64,000 nt of DNA from an uncultured bacterium. Lineage in GTDB: Bacteria > Patescibacteriota > Minisyncoccia > Phycocordibacterales > PALSA-1337. Position numbers and translations under genes: made by a program. Where the stretch lies: contig CAIMDG010000002.1 in NCBI GenBank assembly GCA_903839725.1, positions 135,739-199,738 on the forward strand, written 5' to 3'. This document shows, one piece after another, positions 37,579 to 46,176 of the stretch (the first letter of the stretch is position 1; each line of letters starts with the position of its first letter). A model generated the notes under the pieces. The model did not search any database, had not been told where the DNA came from, and saw only the letters and a list, made by a program, of their open reading frames with translations.

Positions 37579-39894
37579 TTATGGAATCTGTACGAATGCG
37601 TTTGCTAGACCAGAAGTTATAGATACCGAGGCATCTTGAGTTGGGCCCGGACCATCAGCTGCACCTCCTGTACCAAAACTAATTCTTACAATACTAATTT
37701 TCTTGGCTGCTGACGTACCATTTGTGTTATCAACTGTGAAGTTGTAAGTAAATGTACGTGATGAGTTGACGAGGTAAGCGGCAACTGTGTCACCGGTAAC
37801 TGAGCCGGAAGCTGTAACATATGAAACTGTTGTTGAAGCGTCTGGACCAGATGATGTCGTTGTTGCAAGAGCAACATTGGCATTCTTACTGATGTAGATA
37901 GGATTGTCTCCTGTATTCACAACTGTGAATGAAATAGCGGGATGTGCGACACTCCATACACTCGAATCAGAGGCGATGACTACATTTCCCTTAGCTGAGG
38001 TTACATTTGTGATGACTGCTGCAGATGCAACTGGATCCTGAGAAACGATAGTAAATATCGCATCACTACTATCAGTAGCTAGATTAGACTTATCATACAA
38101 TATAGCCTTCACAGTAAACGAATTGTTATTACCAGCACTCATAGCTACAGGAACGGTCCATATATATGAACCTGTATTAGGAACAACATCTTCAGCAATC
38201 AACTCAACAAAATCATTTGTCTGAGCTCCGACTTTGTAATGAAGTTCCAATAACACTCCCGCTGTTGATGGTGCTCCAGTGGTATTCCAACGAATAGTCA
38301 TGGGACCATTCTCTGTATATCTCTCTCCCCCATTTGGACTTAACAATGTGATAGTAGGCTTTGAAAAATCAACACTTACCTTAAGACTATCTACAGGATA
38401 TAGAGGAGTTCCATAGGTGCTATTGATATCCGTTCGATATATAATCTCGGTTGCTTTCGCAATATTAACACCATTTGGATTCGCAGCATTTTCTCTACTC
38501 AAAGTAGTTAGTACGGTGAAGGTACGTGATGATCCTGCTGGTACAATAAAATACGAAGATCCGTCACCGGTAAGAGTGCTTGGATTTGCTGTTGTAGATG
38601 TAATGCGTGGTAACAATTCATTTGAGAATGAAATAGAAGAAACTTGGCCTGGACTAGTAATATTTATTGGTGATTTGAAATAAATCGGAACATTACCTGC
38701 GGTCAACGTAAATTTGAAACTTGCAGGATAACTACTGATTGAACCGTCTGTTGCAAGAGTAGGATTATTCCATCCTACCGTAACAGACATATCACTTAAT
38801 CTAGGTTGAGTGGTAACTACATTACCAATAGTAAACGGAGCATCACTTATATCCTTGAATCCACCACTTTGAACGATCACACCATTTCGGTCGGCTTGAT
38901 ATAGTTCAATCAAATACTTTCCAGCGATAATATTTGCTGGTATTTTCCAAGTAAATGTACCCTTCGTAAAGTGAGCTATCCCAATCTTGGTAACAGGAGA
39001 ACCAGTATTAGGACTACTTGGTCTCAGTTCAATATATACAGAAGAATTGAGTATTGGACCAATATCTGTCACCTGATTTATTGATCTTGTCCACTTAATC
39101 ACCATATCTTGCCCAACGTTATACACTTCTCCTCCATTTGGAGTGGAAACTGTAATTGGAGATGGTGGGATTGGTTGTCCGGTGAAAGTCTTTGTAAATG
39201 TAAGATTCTCGAGACCTGCTGTAATAGTAGAGATTGTTCGCTGTTCTCCAGAATAATAATTTATTTTTGAAATTTTGAATACTTTGGTACCACGTGCAGT
39301 TATCGGTAAATTCATGAACACTGAATGAAATACAAATGTTCGTGAACTTCCTGCAGGAATAACTTTTTGATTAACAGCATCTCCCGCCAACGATGCAGGG
39401 GTTATTGTTGTAGGAGCACCTATTCCCAACATCACACCAAAATCAATAAGTGTATTCCCTGTAATAAATATATTTGTATTTGATTGATTGGATATAGTGA
39501 TAGCTATATCAGCGTTGTATCCAACAATTATATTATTAGAGATAACAGGATCACCTACAGAAATAGAACTGGCCGAGACAGTTACTGCTGTAGTCAAACT
39601 TGGAACACAGGAATATCCTACTGGACACTTTGGAACTACTGGCAGTGTTGTACACGAATATCTTTCTGGACATGTAATAGAACCGGGACCAGATGTCACT
39701 TCAACCATCCCGCTTGAAACTGGCATTGCTGAGTTCTCAACTAATGTATTGTTTAAACTATTAGCAGATGCTGCAGTGAGATTCGCGTTACCAGAAATGG
39801 CAGCGATTGATATTCTCCCCTGTGTTGGTGATGAATACACTACGAACACAAGAGCAGTAAGAACGAGGACATTGGCTATGTGGTTTTTAAACAT
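37579..39894 (-). CDS. Large secreted Ser/Thr-rich surface protein (771 aa) with SPNGGE...IxW beta-sandwich-like repeats
   Basis: The signal/anchor MFKNHIANVLVLTALVFVVYSSPTQG is paralogous to the N-terminus of the 39945..41261 protein (shared ...YSSPT...ISGNANLxAAS...NN). Repeats TVSTPNGGEVYNVGQDMVIKWTRS and LLSPNGGERYTENGPMTIRWNTTG. Low GC. Confidence 0.65.
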   Translation of the reverse strand: MFKNHIANVLVLTALVFVVYSSPTQGRISIAAISGNANLTAASANSLNNTLVENSAMPVSSGMVEVTSGPGSITCPERYSCTTLPVVPKCPVGYSCVPSLTTAVTVSASSISVGDPVISNNIIVGYNADIAITISNQSNTNIFITGNTLIDFGVMLGIGAPTTITPASLAGDAVNQKVIPAGSSRTFVFHSVFMNLPITARGTKVFKISKINYYSGEQRTISTITAGLENLTFTKTFTGQPIPPSPITVSTPNGGEVYNVGQDMVIKWTRSINQVTDIGPILNSSVYIELRPSSPNTGSPVTKIGIAHFTKGTFTWKIPANIIAGKYLIELYQADRNGVIVQSGGFKDISDAPFTIGNVVTTQPRLSDMSVTVGWNNPTLATDGSISSYPASFKFTLTAGNVPIYFKSPINITSPGQVSSISFSNELLPRITSTTANPSTLTGDGSSYFIVPAGSSRTFTVLTTLSRENAANPNGVNIAKATEIIYRTDINSTYGTPLYPVDSLKVSVDFSKPTITLLSPNGGERYTENGPMTIRWNTTGAPSTAGVLLELHYKVGAQTNDFVELIAEDVVPNTGSYIWTVPVAMSAGNNNSFTVKAILYDKSNLATDSSDAIFTIVSQDPVASAAVITNVTSAKGNVVIASDSSVWSVAHPAISFTVVNTGDNPIYISKNANVALATTTSSGPDASTTVSYVTASGSVTGDTVAAYLVNSSRTFTYNFTVDNTNGTSAAKKISIVRISFGTGGAADGPGPTQDASVSITSGLANAFVQIP

Positions 39895-39944
39895 GTGAGT
39901 TAAATAATTTGTAAAGAATCAATATAAGTATACCTCTATATGGT

Positions 39945-41261
39945 CTAGTGGAACAAAGTTGCCTTGAGTGTATTGGGGATCGCCGCGTCTCTCAACATTA
40001 TTGCGGAAAGATTCGCGGTTGATGTTCCATAATTAATTCCATACACCTGAGGATATGCTGTTGATGATGGATATGAACCAGTTGCCAAGTAATTAGCAGA
40101 GAGGAACTTTGTTTGACCTGGGGCAATGTAGAAATATGATGAGCTGTCACCTGCCGAATCAGTACTCGTCATTCCTGTAGGCATTATGGTCAAAGTTGTT
40201 GTACCAATTGTCATAGGAAAAGCGGTTGGACCATCCTTAGATATGTACATTGGATAATTTCCCGCAGTTATCGAGGCATTGAATACAAATTTTTGAGCCG
40301 CAACAGCGTCAGTCGATGAAATACTTAATGAACCATATTTTACTCCGAGATTGGAAATGATTGGTGAAGAAATGCATGCGAAATTCACCGTCTCACTTTG
40401 TCCATCAACTGTTGTGATAGGTATATCAGTATTACTACAACTGTTGTACCAATACAAACGTGTTCCTTTTGGAGCAGTTATATTAGCAACACATGATCCA
40501 ACACCTGTACAAGTAAATGTAGCAACTGTTGTTGTAGAGGTTGTAGAAGTTGGTGATGCAACTTTTGTATAACACTTTTGTTCTGTAACAGCTCCATTAA
40601 ATATACACTTCACTTGTTCCGAAGTTACCGCGGGCGCCGATGATTTAATAACAAAATAGTTATCACTGATGTCATTTAATGCAATAAATGGATTTCTATT
40701 GATTACACTCTGACATTCGGCCGCACTCACTGTTGGACACAATGAAACCATGACCTTATATTTACCAGGAGCAACAAAAGACGGAATAGACCAAGAATAA
40801 TATGTATTCAATGTTATCAATGGATAATTATTCTCACCACCATTAATTGCATTTGTGACAATTTTTCCATTTGAATCAATCAAAGTAAGAGCAAATTTTG
40901 TAATGCCCTCTTCAATAACTGGAACATAGTTCCACTTAATCTTCACCGTACCACCAACATAATATGTCTCTCCACTATCTCCATTTGGTGAAACAACTGT
41001 AATAGGTACGACTGTACATGTATATCCACTTGGACATCCCTTTGGTTGAGGTGGGATAGGTGTACATACAAGATTTGTAGGACATACAACTCTTGATGAA
41101 GTAGAAACAGTTGAATTATTTAATGCAGTAGACGCTGCAGCAAGATTCGCATTACCAGAAATACCAGCAACTACTGACGAAGAGTATGATGTTGGCGAAG
41201 AATATATTGCAAAAGCAACGAGTGTTATAGCGAGAGTGTTTACAAAATGATTTTTTAACAT
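39945..41261 (-). CDS. Secreted surface protein (438 aa), paralog of the upstream gene
   Basis: N-terminus MLKNHFVNTLAITLVAFAIYSSPTSYSSSVVAGISGNANLAAAS and repeat VVSPNGDSGETYYVGGTVKIKWNY. Cys-rich near the N-terminus (CPTNLVCTPIPPQPKGCPSGYTCT). Confidence 0.65.
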   Translation of the reverse strand: MLKNHFVNTLAITLVAFAIYSSPTSYSSSVVAGISGNANLAAASTALNNSTVSTSSRVVCPTNLVCTPIPPQPKGCPSGYTCTVVPITVVSPNGDSGETYYVGGTVKIKWNYVPVIEEGITKFALTLIDSNGKIVTNAINGGENNYPLITLNTYYSWSIPSFVAPGKYKVMVSLCPTVSAAECQSVINRNPFIALNDISDNYFVIKSSAPAVTSEQVKCIFNGAVTEQKCYTKVASPTSTTSTTTVATFTCTGVGSCVANITAPKGTRLYWYNSCSNTDIPITTVDGQSETVNFACISSPIISNLGVKYGSLSISSTDAVAAQKFVFNASITAGNYPMYISKDGPTAFPMTIGTTTLTIMPTGMTSTDSAGDSSSYFYIAPGQTKFLSANYLATGSYPSSTAYPQVYGINYGTSTANLSAIMLRDAAIPNTLKATLFH

Positions 41262-41406
41262 ATATGTTACGCGATTAATGAACTACTGATAATACTAATA
41301 AAGAGAAAAGACACACCTCGATTGAGGTAGTGCCTTGGGTAGTGAGATAAGTATAGCAATAAAATATCTTCATGCAAGAAAGGTTATCCACATAAAGACG
41401 GGTAAT

Positions 41407-41441
41407 ATAAAATCGGCACTCCACGATGTAGAGCGCCGATT
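41407..41441 (-). terminator. Intrinsic terminator after the channel-like gene
   Basis: aatcggcactc cacgatgta gagcgccgatt (11 bp stem, 1 mismatch), followed on the minus strand by tttt. Confidence 0.55.
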
Positions 41442-41471
41442 ACCATAACAAGACCAAAATCAACTTACTGA

Positions 41472-42551
41472 CTAGGTCCCGGAGACTGGGTTAAGAGCCC
41501 GCCAATCAACCACCTCATCTATCCGATGTTCCGCTATATAAAATAACGACATGCCCCCTCTGAGCATGGCATCAGCAGATGGATTAAGAATTGGCGCCGA
41601 TTCACACGACTGATCAGTTGTGTATCCAATAGCAATTGCTCGGTATTCCCCGTTGAAAATAGCGAGCACCTGACCAAACGGAATCGGCTGAACAAAGTCT
41701 GGAATGTTGATCCGGAAGTTCGTGCCCGGATGATTGATGCTCACAAGTTCCCGAATGAGCTGCGTCGAACCAGGATTGAGCGTTGCCTGAGCGATCAATG
41801 AAGACCTCAATGAAGTGACGCATTCAATGTGCGGATTGACCGCCTTGATGAAGCGCGCATATTCATGCTTCTCCAGATACACCACTATGTGGGCATCTTT
41901 GCGAGCCTTACTGTTAGCGACGATCGTTACCGCCACTGTTCGCTCATCAAGTTCGTGACCGCTAATAACAATGGTTTTCGCAGTAGACACGCAGGCCCGT
42001 TCGAGCACTTCATCCTCCGACGTATCTCCTTGAACAAACTCGACCATCCCCGGAAAAGGATTTTCCGTCACATGCCGAGTAACTAACACTATTGAATGAT
42101 TCCCGATATGGTCAGACACTAATTGTCTAACGAGGTCACCAGTTTCCCGTGGCCGATATCCGAGTAAAACAATATGATCTTTCATCTTTAATCTCACCAG
42201 ACCTTTCTTCTTTGTTTGGAATTTCTCGTGGACAACAGCGAGTGACTTGCACATGGTGGAGATAAAAAATAATCCCCCACCAAAGAAGCTCACCAATGCT
42301 GTTAAACGTCCACCAATTGTTGTGGGAGAATACCCACTATAACCACCTCGCATAACATCGTTCACGAAATACCACCAGTAAACTGATGGCGAAACAATGC
42401 TTGCGTGCGGCTCAAAATGTTCAACTGCAACCCACCCTCCAAAAAAGGAAGTGAGAAACAGAATCACGAGGTATCTCCATTTCAGGTTGATGACGAGGCT
42501 GTACACCACGTCAATAAATTTTCCTTGCACATTTTTCCTTTCATTTTTCAA
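41472..42551 (-). CDS. Ion-channel-like membrane protein with a cytoplasmic RCK/TrkA-like domain (non-canonical filter-like segment TTIGG)
   Basis: Two N-terminal TM helices flank GYSGYSPTTIGGRLTALVSFFGG. They are followed by a Rossmann-like segment IVLLGYRPRETGDLVRQL and a second RCK-like half. GC-richer than its neighbours. Confidence 0.5.
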   Translation of the reverse strand: MKNERKNVQGKFIDVVYSLVINLKWRYLVILFLTSFFGGWVAVEHFEPHASIVSPSVYWWYFVNDVMRGGYSGYSPTTIGGRLTALVSFFGGGLFFISTMCKSLAVVHEKFQTKKKGLVRLKMKDHIVLLGYRPRETGDLVRQLVSDHIGNHSIVLVTRHVTENPFPGMVEFVQGDTSEDEVLERACVSTAKTIVISGHELDERTVAVTIVANSKARKDAHIVVYLEKHEYARFIKAVNPHIECVTSLRSSLIAQATLNPGSTQLIRELVSINHPGTNFRINIPDFVQPIPFGQVLAIFNGEYRAIAIGYTTDQSCESAPILNPSADAMLRGGMSLFYIAEHRIDEVVDWRALNPVSGT

Positions 42552-42614
42552 GGTCCTACTACCCTTGCATTAAAAAACACAATAACATAGATATGTATTA
42601 TTGTAAAGATATAG

Positions 42615-42642
42615 AAAAGGGCGGTCGCAAGCGACCGCCCTG
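42615..42642. terminator. GC-rich perfect palindrome terminator at the left edge of the GC-rich block
   Basis: gggcggtcgc aa gcgaccgccc (10 bp perfect palindrome), followed on the minus strand by ttttc. Confidence 0.65.
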
Positions 42643-42658
42643 TGATAGAGACGTGTGA

Positions 42659-44272
42659 TCAATTCGACTTCCAAACCACACTCAGGTTGGAACGGACCGT
42701 TCCTTCCCAGCTCGTAACGTCGTGCGGGTTGACCCAGACAACGTTTTTGTAGAGCGCATCCGTCAGCGTCAGGTCCGGGGTGCTCCCCGCAATGAAACCC
42801 TTCTGGCCAGCGTGTTTTTTGTCCTTGTAGGTCACCACGGTGGTGAGCCAGAAAAAACGCCGTTTACCATCAATGTCCCTGACCCAGGGCCGGTTCTCGA
42901 CAGGCCTCGACTGTTCCCAGTCATACTGCTTGCGAGACTCCATGACCTTCGGAGGGATGGCACTCACACCGGTGAGTGCCTCATTGATTTTGTAATGCTG
43001 GTAGACACGCATCGGACCGATGCCGTCAGCCGGGACGAACATGCTTGTATTCAAACCCTGCTTGGTGTCGTGATACGGCTCCAAGGCGAAGTAGTGATAC
43101 AGCTTGTTCTCCGGCGAACCTTCCCGTTCAAAGCGAAAAAACGCCGTGAAGGGTTGATCGTTTTCATCACTCGGCAAATCCGGAATACGAATGTCTCCCT
43201 TGTGATACAAGGGCATCGGCGAGAAAAATCCCGCTTGGAACCGTAGCGACGCCGCAGCATACCGCGACACTTCATACGGCAGATTGTTCTGCCGCAGAAG
43301 GAACGGATGCTTGTGAATGTCAGCTGGAGAAATCCATTCCCCGTCGCCGACAAACCAGCTCTTGATCATTGCCCAAAGGGTGTCGTCTCCCTGACGAATA
43401 ACTTGGACACCACCGAATTCGGGCCAGACAAAGATGAGTCCCTTCCAGTGGATGAGCGAAACTACCTCGATCCAGTTGCCATTGTCGTCCTGAATGAACT
43501 TGATGTCGCGTGGACTGCATGAGAAGAACCTGAGAAGTCCCAACGAACGGATCGTCGAAACATCAGTATTTTTTCCCATAAGCAGATCTTCGCCGACCCT
43601 GAATGAGACCGGCACACGGTTTTGCCCAGAAAAATTCGGGCTCGCCGCAAGACCAGAAACATCCATGATTTCTTTTATGTGTCCGAAGAAGGACGGAATC
43701 GAATACGCTGGCTCGATAGCCATAGACCAACGGAACTCTTCTTTCCCGTTGTTGACGATCCGGACAAAGTCCGGCGTCGACACGCGTTCGACTTCCTTCA
43801 TTGCCTCACCGCCGAGGACCCGAATCGAATTGAGCGGTTGAATCCGCTCATGATCCGTAGTTGGCAATGTTGTGATGAAGGTTGGCTTCATCGAATGGTA
43901 ACGCAGGTAGAGCGTGATATACCTGAGTGGCGGCAACTCCATTTCGAGATGCGACACAACTCCGATAGTGGCAATCGCGATGACCGCGAAGACCAGCTTC
44001 CATTTACGACGAACCCACGCTGCGCAGAATGCCCATCCAATGATCAGCACCGAAATACATTCAGGACTGTGGACGCGGGCAATGACGATGTAGGGTTGCC
44101 AGTAAGCCCGAAAAACAAACGTCAACCATATGACCGTAGCCATGAGGATGAACGCTGCCTTGCGATGCCGACCTGACCACCCCTGAAACCGTGTTATTGA
44201 ATTACGCACCAGCCAATACAGCCAGCCGTGTTCCTTTTCGATTGGAACAGAATCTTTATTTTCTGGATCCAT
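42659..44272 (-). CDS. Hypothetical membrane-anchored protein (537 aa; 3 N-terminal TM helices plus a large soluble domain), GC-rich
   Basis: TM segments AAFILMATVIWLTFVF, VLIIGWAFCAAWV and LVFAVIAIATIGVV. No recognised family. Confidence 0.5.
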   Translation of the reverse strand: MDPENKDSVPIEKEHGWLYWLVRNSITRFQGWSGRHRKAAFILMATVIWLTFVFRAYWQPYIVIARVHSPECISVLIIGWAFCAAWVRRKWKLVFAVIAIATIGVVSHLEMELPPLRYITLYLRYHSMKPTFITTLPTTDHERIQPLNSIRVLGGEAMKEVERVSTPDFVRIVNNGKEEFRWSMAIEPAYSIPSFFGHIKEIMDVSGLAASPNFSGQNRVPVSFRVGEDLLMGKNTDVSTIRSLGLLRFFSCSPRDIKFIQDDNGNWIEVVSLIHWKGLIFVWPEFGGVQVIRQGDDTLWAMIKSWFVGDGEWISPADIHKHPFLLRQNNLPYEVSRYAAASLRFQAGFFSPMPLYHKGDIRIPDLPSDENDQPFTAFFRFEREGSPENKLYHYFALEPYHDTKQGLNTSMFVPADGIGPMRVYQHYKINEALTGVSAIPPKVMESRKQYDWEQSRPVENRPWVRDIDGKRRFFWLTTVVTYKDKKHAGQKGFIAGSTPDLTLTDALYKNVVWVNPHDVTSWEGTVRSNLSVVWKSN

Positions 44273-44292
44273 AATTCCTTTCAGTTGGCGCG

Positions 44293-44889
44293 TTAGCGCT
44301 TTTGAGTGAATTCCTTGATTCGATCTTCCGGGGATTTCCGCGGTTGCACCGGAATAACCGGAGCAGGTGCAGGAGCAGGAGTTGGTGGCGGTGTGCTTTT
44401 AGCATCCGACGATCCGTTACCATTATTCTGTGCCGCCGCTGTTCGTTTCTCGATCTCTTCATCAATTCTGTCACCAATTTTGTAAGCAATTTTACGCTTA
44501 TCCCATAATGGCCAGACGAAGTAACCGATAGCGAAGCCGAAGACCATCGCCGGAATTTCCACGAACCAAAGCACGAGCTCGACGAAAGCGTTCGAATGAA
44601 ATCCTGTGAAGTAAAACATTCCCAAGGTTTGCACTGTCGAAACTATTGTCGCAATCAGGAACTTGCGTCCCGTTGATTGTCCGTAGATGAGGCCGAATGC
44701 TTTTTCAGCTGGTTTCTTGTGCGTCAGGTCGTAGATTCCTTTCGCGATGTTCTGCAGATACTGACGATCCAAGATGTAAGTCAGGATCCCGAGTCCGAAG
44801 AAGAACAGCACCCAAGAGGTGCTATACAAGCGGGTATGTTCGATAATACTATTCATATAGGTGTGTGGTTTTGGGTTGTCGAGGTTCAA
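44293..44889 (-). CDS. Hypothetical 4-TM membrane protein with a Pro-rich C-terminus, GC-rich
   Basis: 198 aa with the tail TPPPTPAPAPAPVIPVQPRKSPEDRIKEF. Separated by 20 nt from the downstream gene, so probably co-transcribed with it. Confidence 0.5.
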   Translation of the reverse strand: MNLDNPKPHTYMNSIIEHTRLYSTSWVLFFFGLGILTYILDRQYLQNIAKGIYDLTHKKPAEKAFGLIYGQSTGRKFLIATIVSTVQTLGMFYFTGFHSNAFVELVLWFVEIPAMVFGFAIGYFVWPLWDKRKIAYKIGDRIDEEIEKRTAAAQNNGNGSSDAKSTPPPTPAPAPAPVIPVQPRKSPEDRIKEFTQKR

Positions 44890-44963
44890 CTAAATTGTTT
44901 GTTTCATGTTGAAACTCTGGCATACATATTACACATATTTGCAATATTGTCAATATTGATGCG

Positions 44964-46088
44964 TTGTGCTATTCTAGAGCCATGAAAACAACTTCCGCAC
45001 TTATTATTGGAGAAGGACACTTGGCGAATCGCGTTACAAAATTACTCGAAACAAGAGGCTGTGCCACCACACATCTTCCTGAATATAACAACGAGGCAAT
45101 TCATACATTTACAAGAATCTTCTTGCTCGATGACAAAGATGAATACAATTTGCAGACACTCATAACCCTTATATCGTTGAAAAAAGATATTCGTATCACC
45201 ACTTCACTATTCAATGAGAATATTGCTCCTCATATACGAGCAGTACATCCACATATCGAAATATTAAATCCAGCCAAAATTGCCGCACCTTCATTTGTTG
45301 ATGCTTTATATACCTCACTTGAACATAAGCTCACCTACCAAGCTACTCCACAAGAAAATATTTCACACAACACTTCTGACAATCTCATTACTATATTGAT
45401 TGGATCATTTATTGCAGTTATTGTCGCAGCGACAATATATTTTCACATAGCAGATACTCTTCCCTGGGTTGATGCTCTCTATTTCGTTATAGCAACAGTC
45501 ACTACAGTCGGCTATGGTGATATCAATCTTCTGAATTCAAGTACGTTCAGTAAAATTATCGATATTCTTCTTCTCTTGAGTTCAATGTTCTTCGTATGGA
45601 CTATATTCTCTTTGACGATAAATCATCTCATAAAAAGTCGTGAGCGTTTGGCTCTTGGTAGAAAAACATATCCATACACAAATCACGTTATTCTGTGTGG
45701 GCTCGGCAGACTCGGATACTTCATTGCACTTGAACTTATTGCGCGAAATGAAAAGATTATTGTTATAGAAAAGAATGAGAGTTCTGCGTATGCTGAAGAT
45801 ATTCGTAATCGTGGAATCCCCGTATATGTAGGTGACGCACGAATGCCTCAAGTGTTGAAAGATGTTGCAGTGAGTCGATCGAAGGCATTTATGTCTGTGA
45901 TCAACAATGACTATACCAATCTTGAAATCGGTCTCAATGCCCGCTCATTCAAACCCGGCCTTCGTCTTATTCTCAGAATATTTAATAAAGAAACAGTACA
46001 AAAAATAAAAGAAAGTTTGGATATACATCTCGCACTGAGTATGTCAGCTGTTGCTGATGAAGTATTTGCAGATACATTGAATAAATAG
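44964..46088 (+). CDS. Potassium channel (TVGYGD selectivity filter) with N- and C-terminal TrkA-N/RCK Rossmann domains
   Basis: ATVTTVGYGDINLL filter between two TM helices. HVILCGLGRLGYFIALEL and N-terminal LIIGEGHLANRV GxGxxG motifs. Low GC, like the host. Confidence 0.75.
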   Translation: MCYSRAMKTTSALIIGEGHLANRVTKLLETRGCATTHLPEYNNEAIHTFTRIFLLDDKDEYNLQTLITLISLKKDIRITTSLFNENIAPHIRAVHPHIEILNPAKIAAPSFVDALYTSLEHKLTYQATPQENISHNTSDNLITILIGSFIAVIVAATIYFHIADTLPWVDALYFVIATVTTVGYGDINLLNSSTFSKIIDILLLLSSMFFVWTIFSLTINHLIKSRERLALGRKTYPYTNHVILCGLGRLGYFIALELIARNEKIIVIEKNESSAYAEDIRNRGIPVYVGDARMPQVLKDVAVSRSKAFMSVINNDYTNLEIGLNARSFKPGLRLILRIFNKETVQKIKESLDIHLALSMSAVADEVFADTLNK

Positions 46089-46116
46089 CAGTTTGAAGAC
46101 TCATTCAAGGAAATAG

Positions 46117-46148
46117 AAAAGCCCCGTCGGAAAACCGGCGGGGCTTGA
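46117..46148. terminator. Bidirectional terminator between the K+ channel gene (+) and the AAA ATPase gene (-)
   Basis: aagccccgtcgg aaaa ccggcggggctt (stem with 1 mismatch). A second small palindrome acagacga tg tcgtctgt lies at 46155-46172. Confidence 0.6.
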
Positions 46149-46176
46149 ATGTTACAGACGATGTCGTCTGTCTCGA

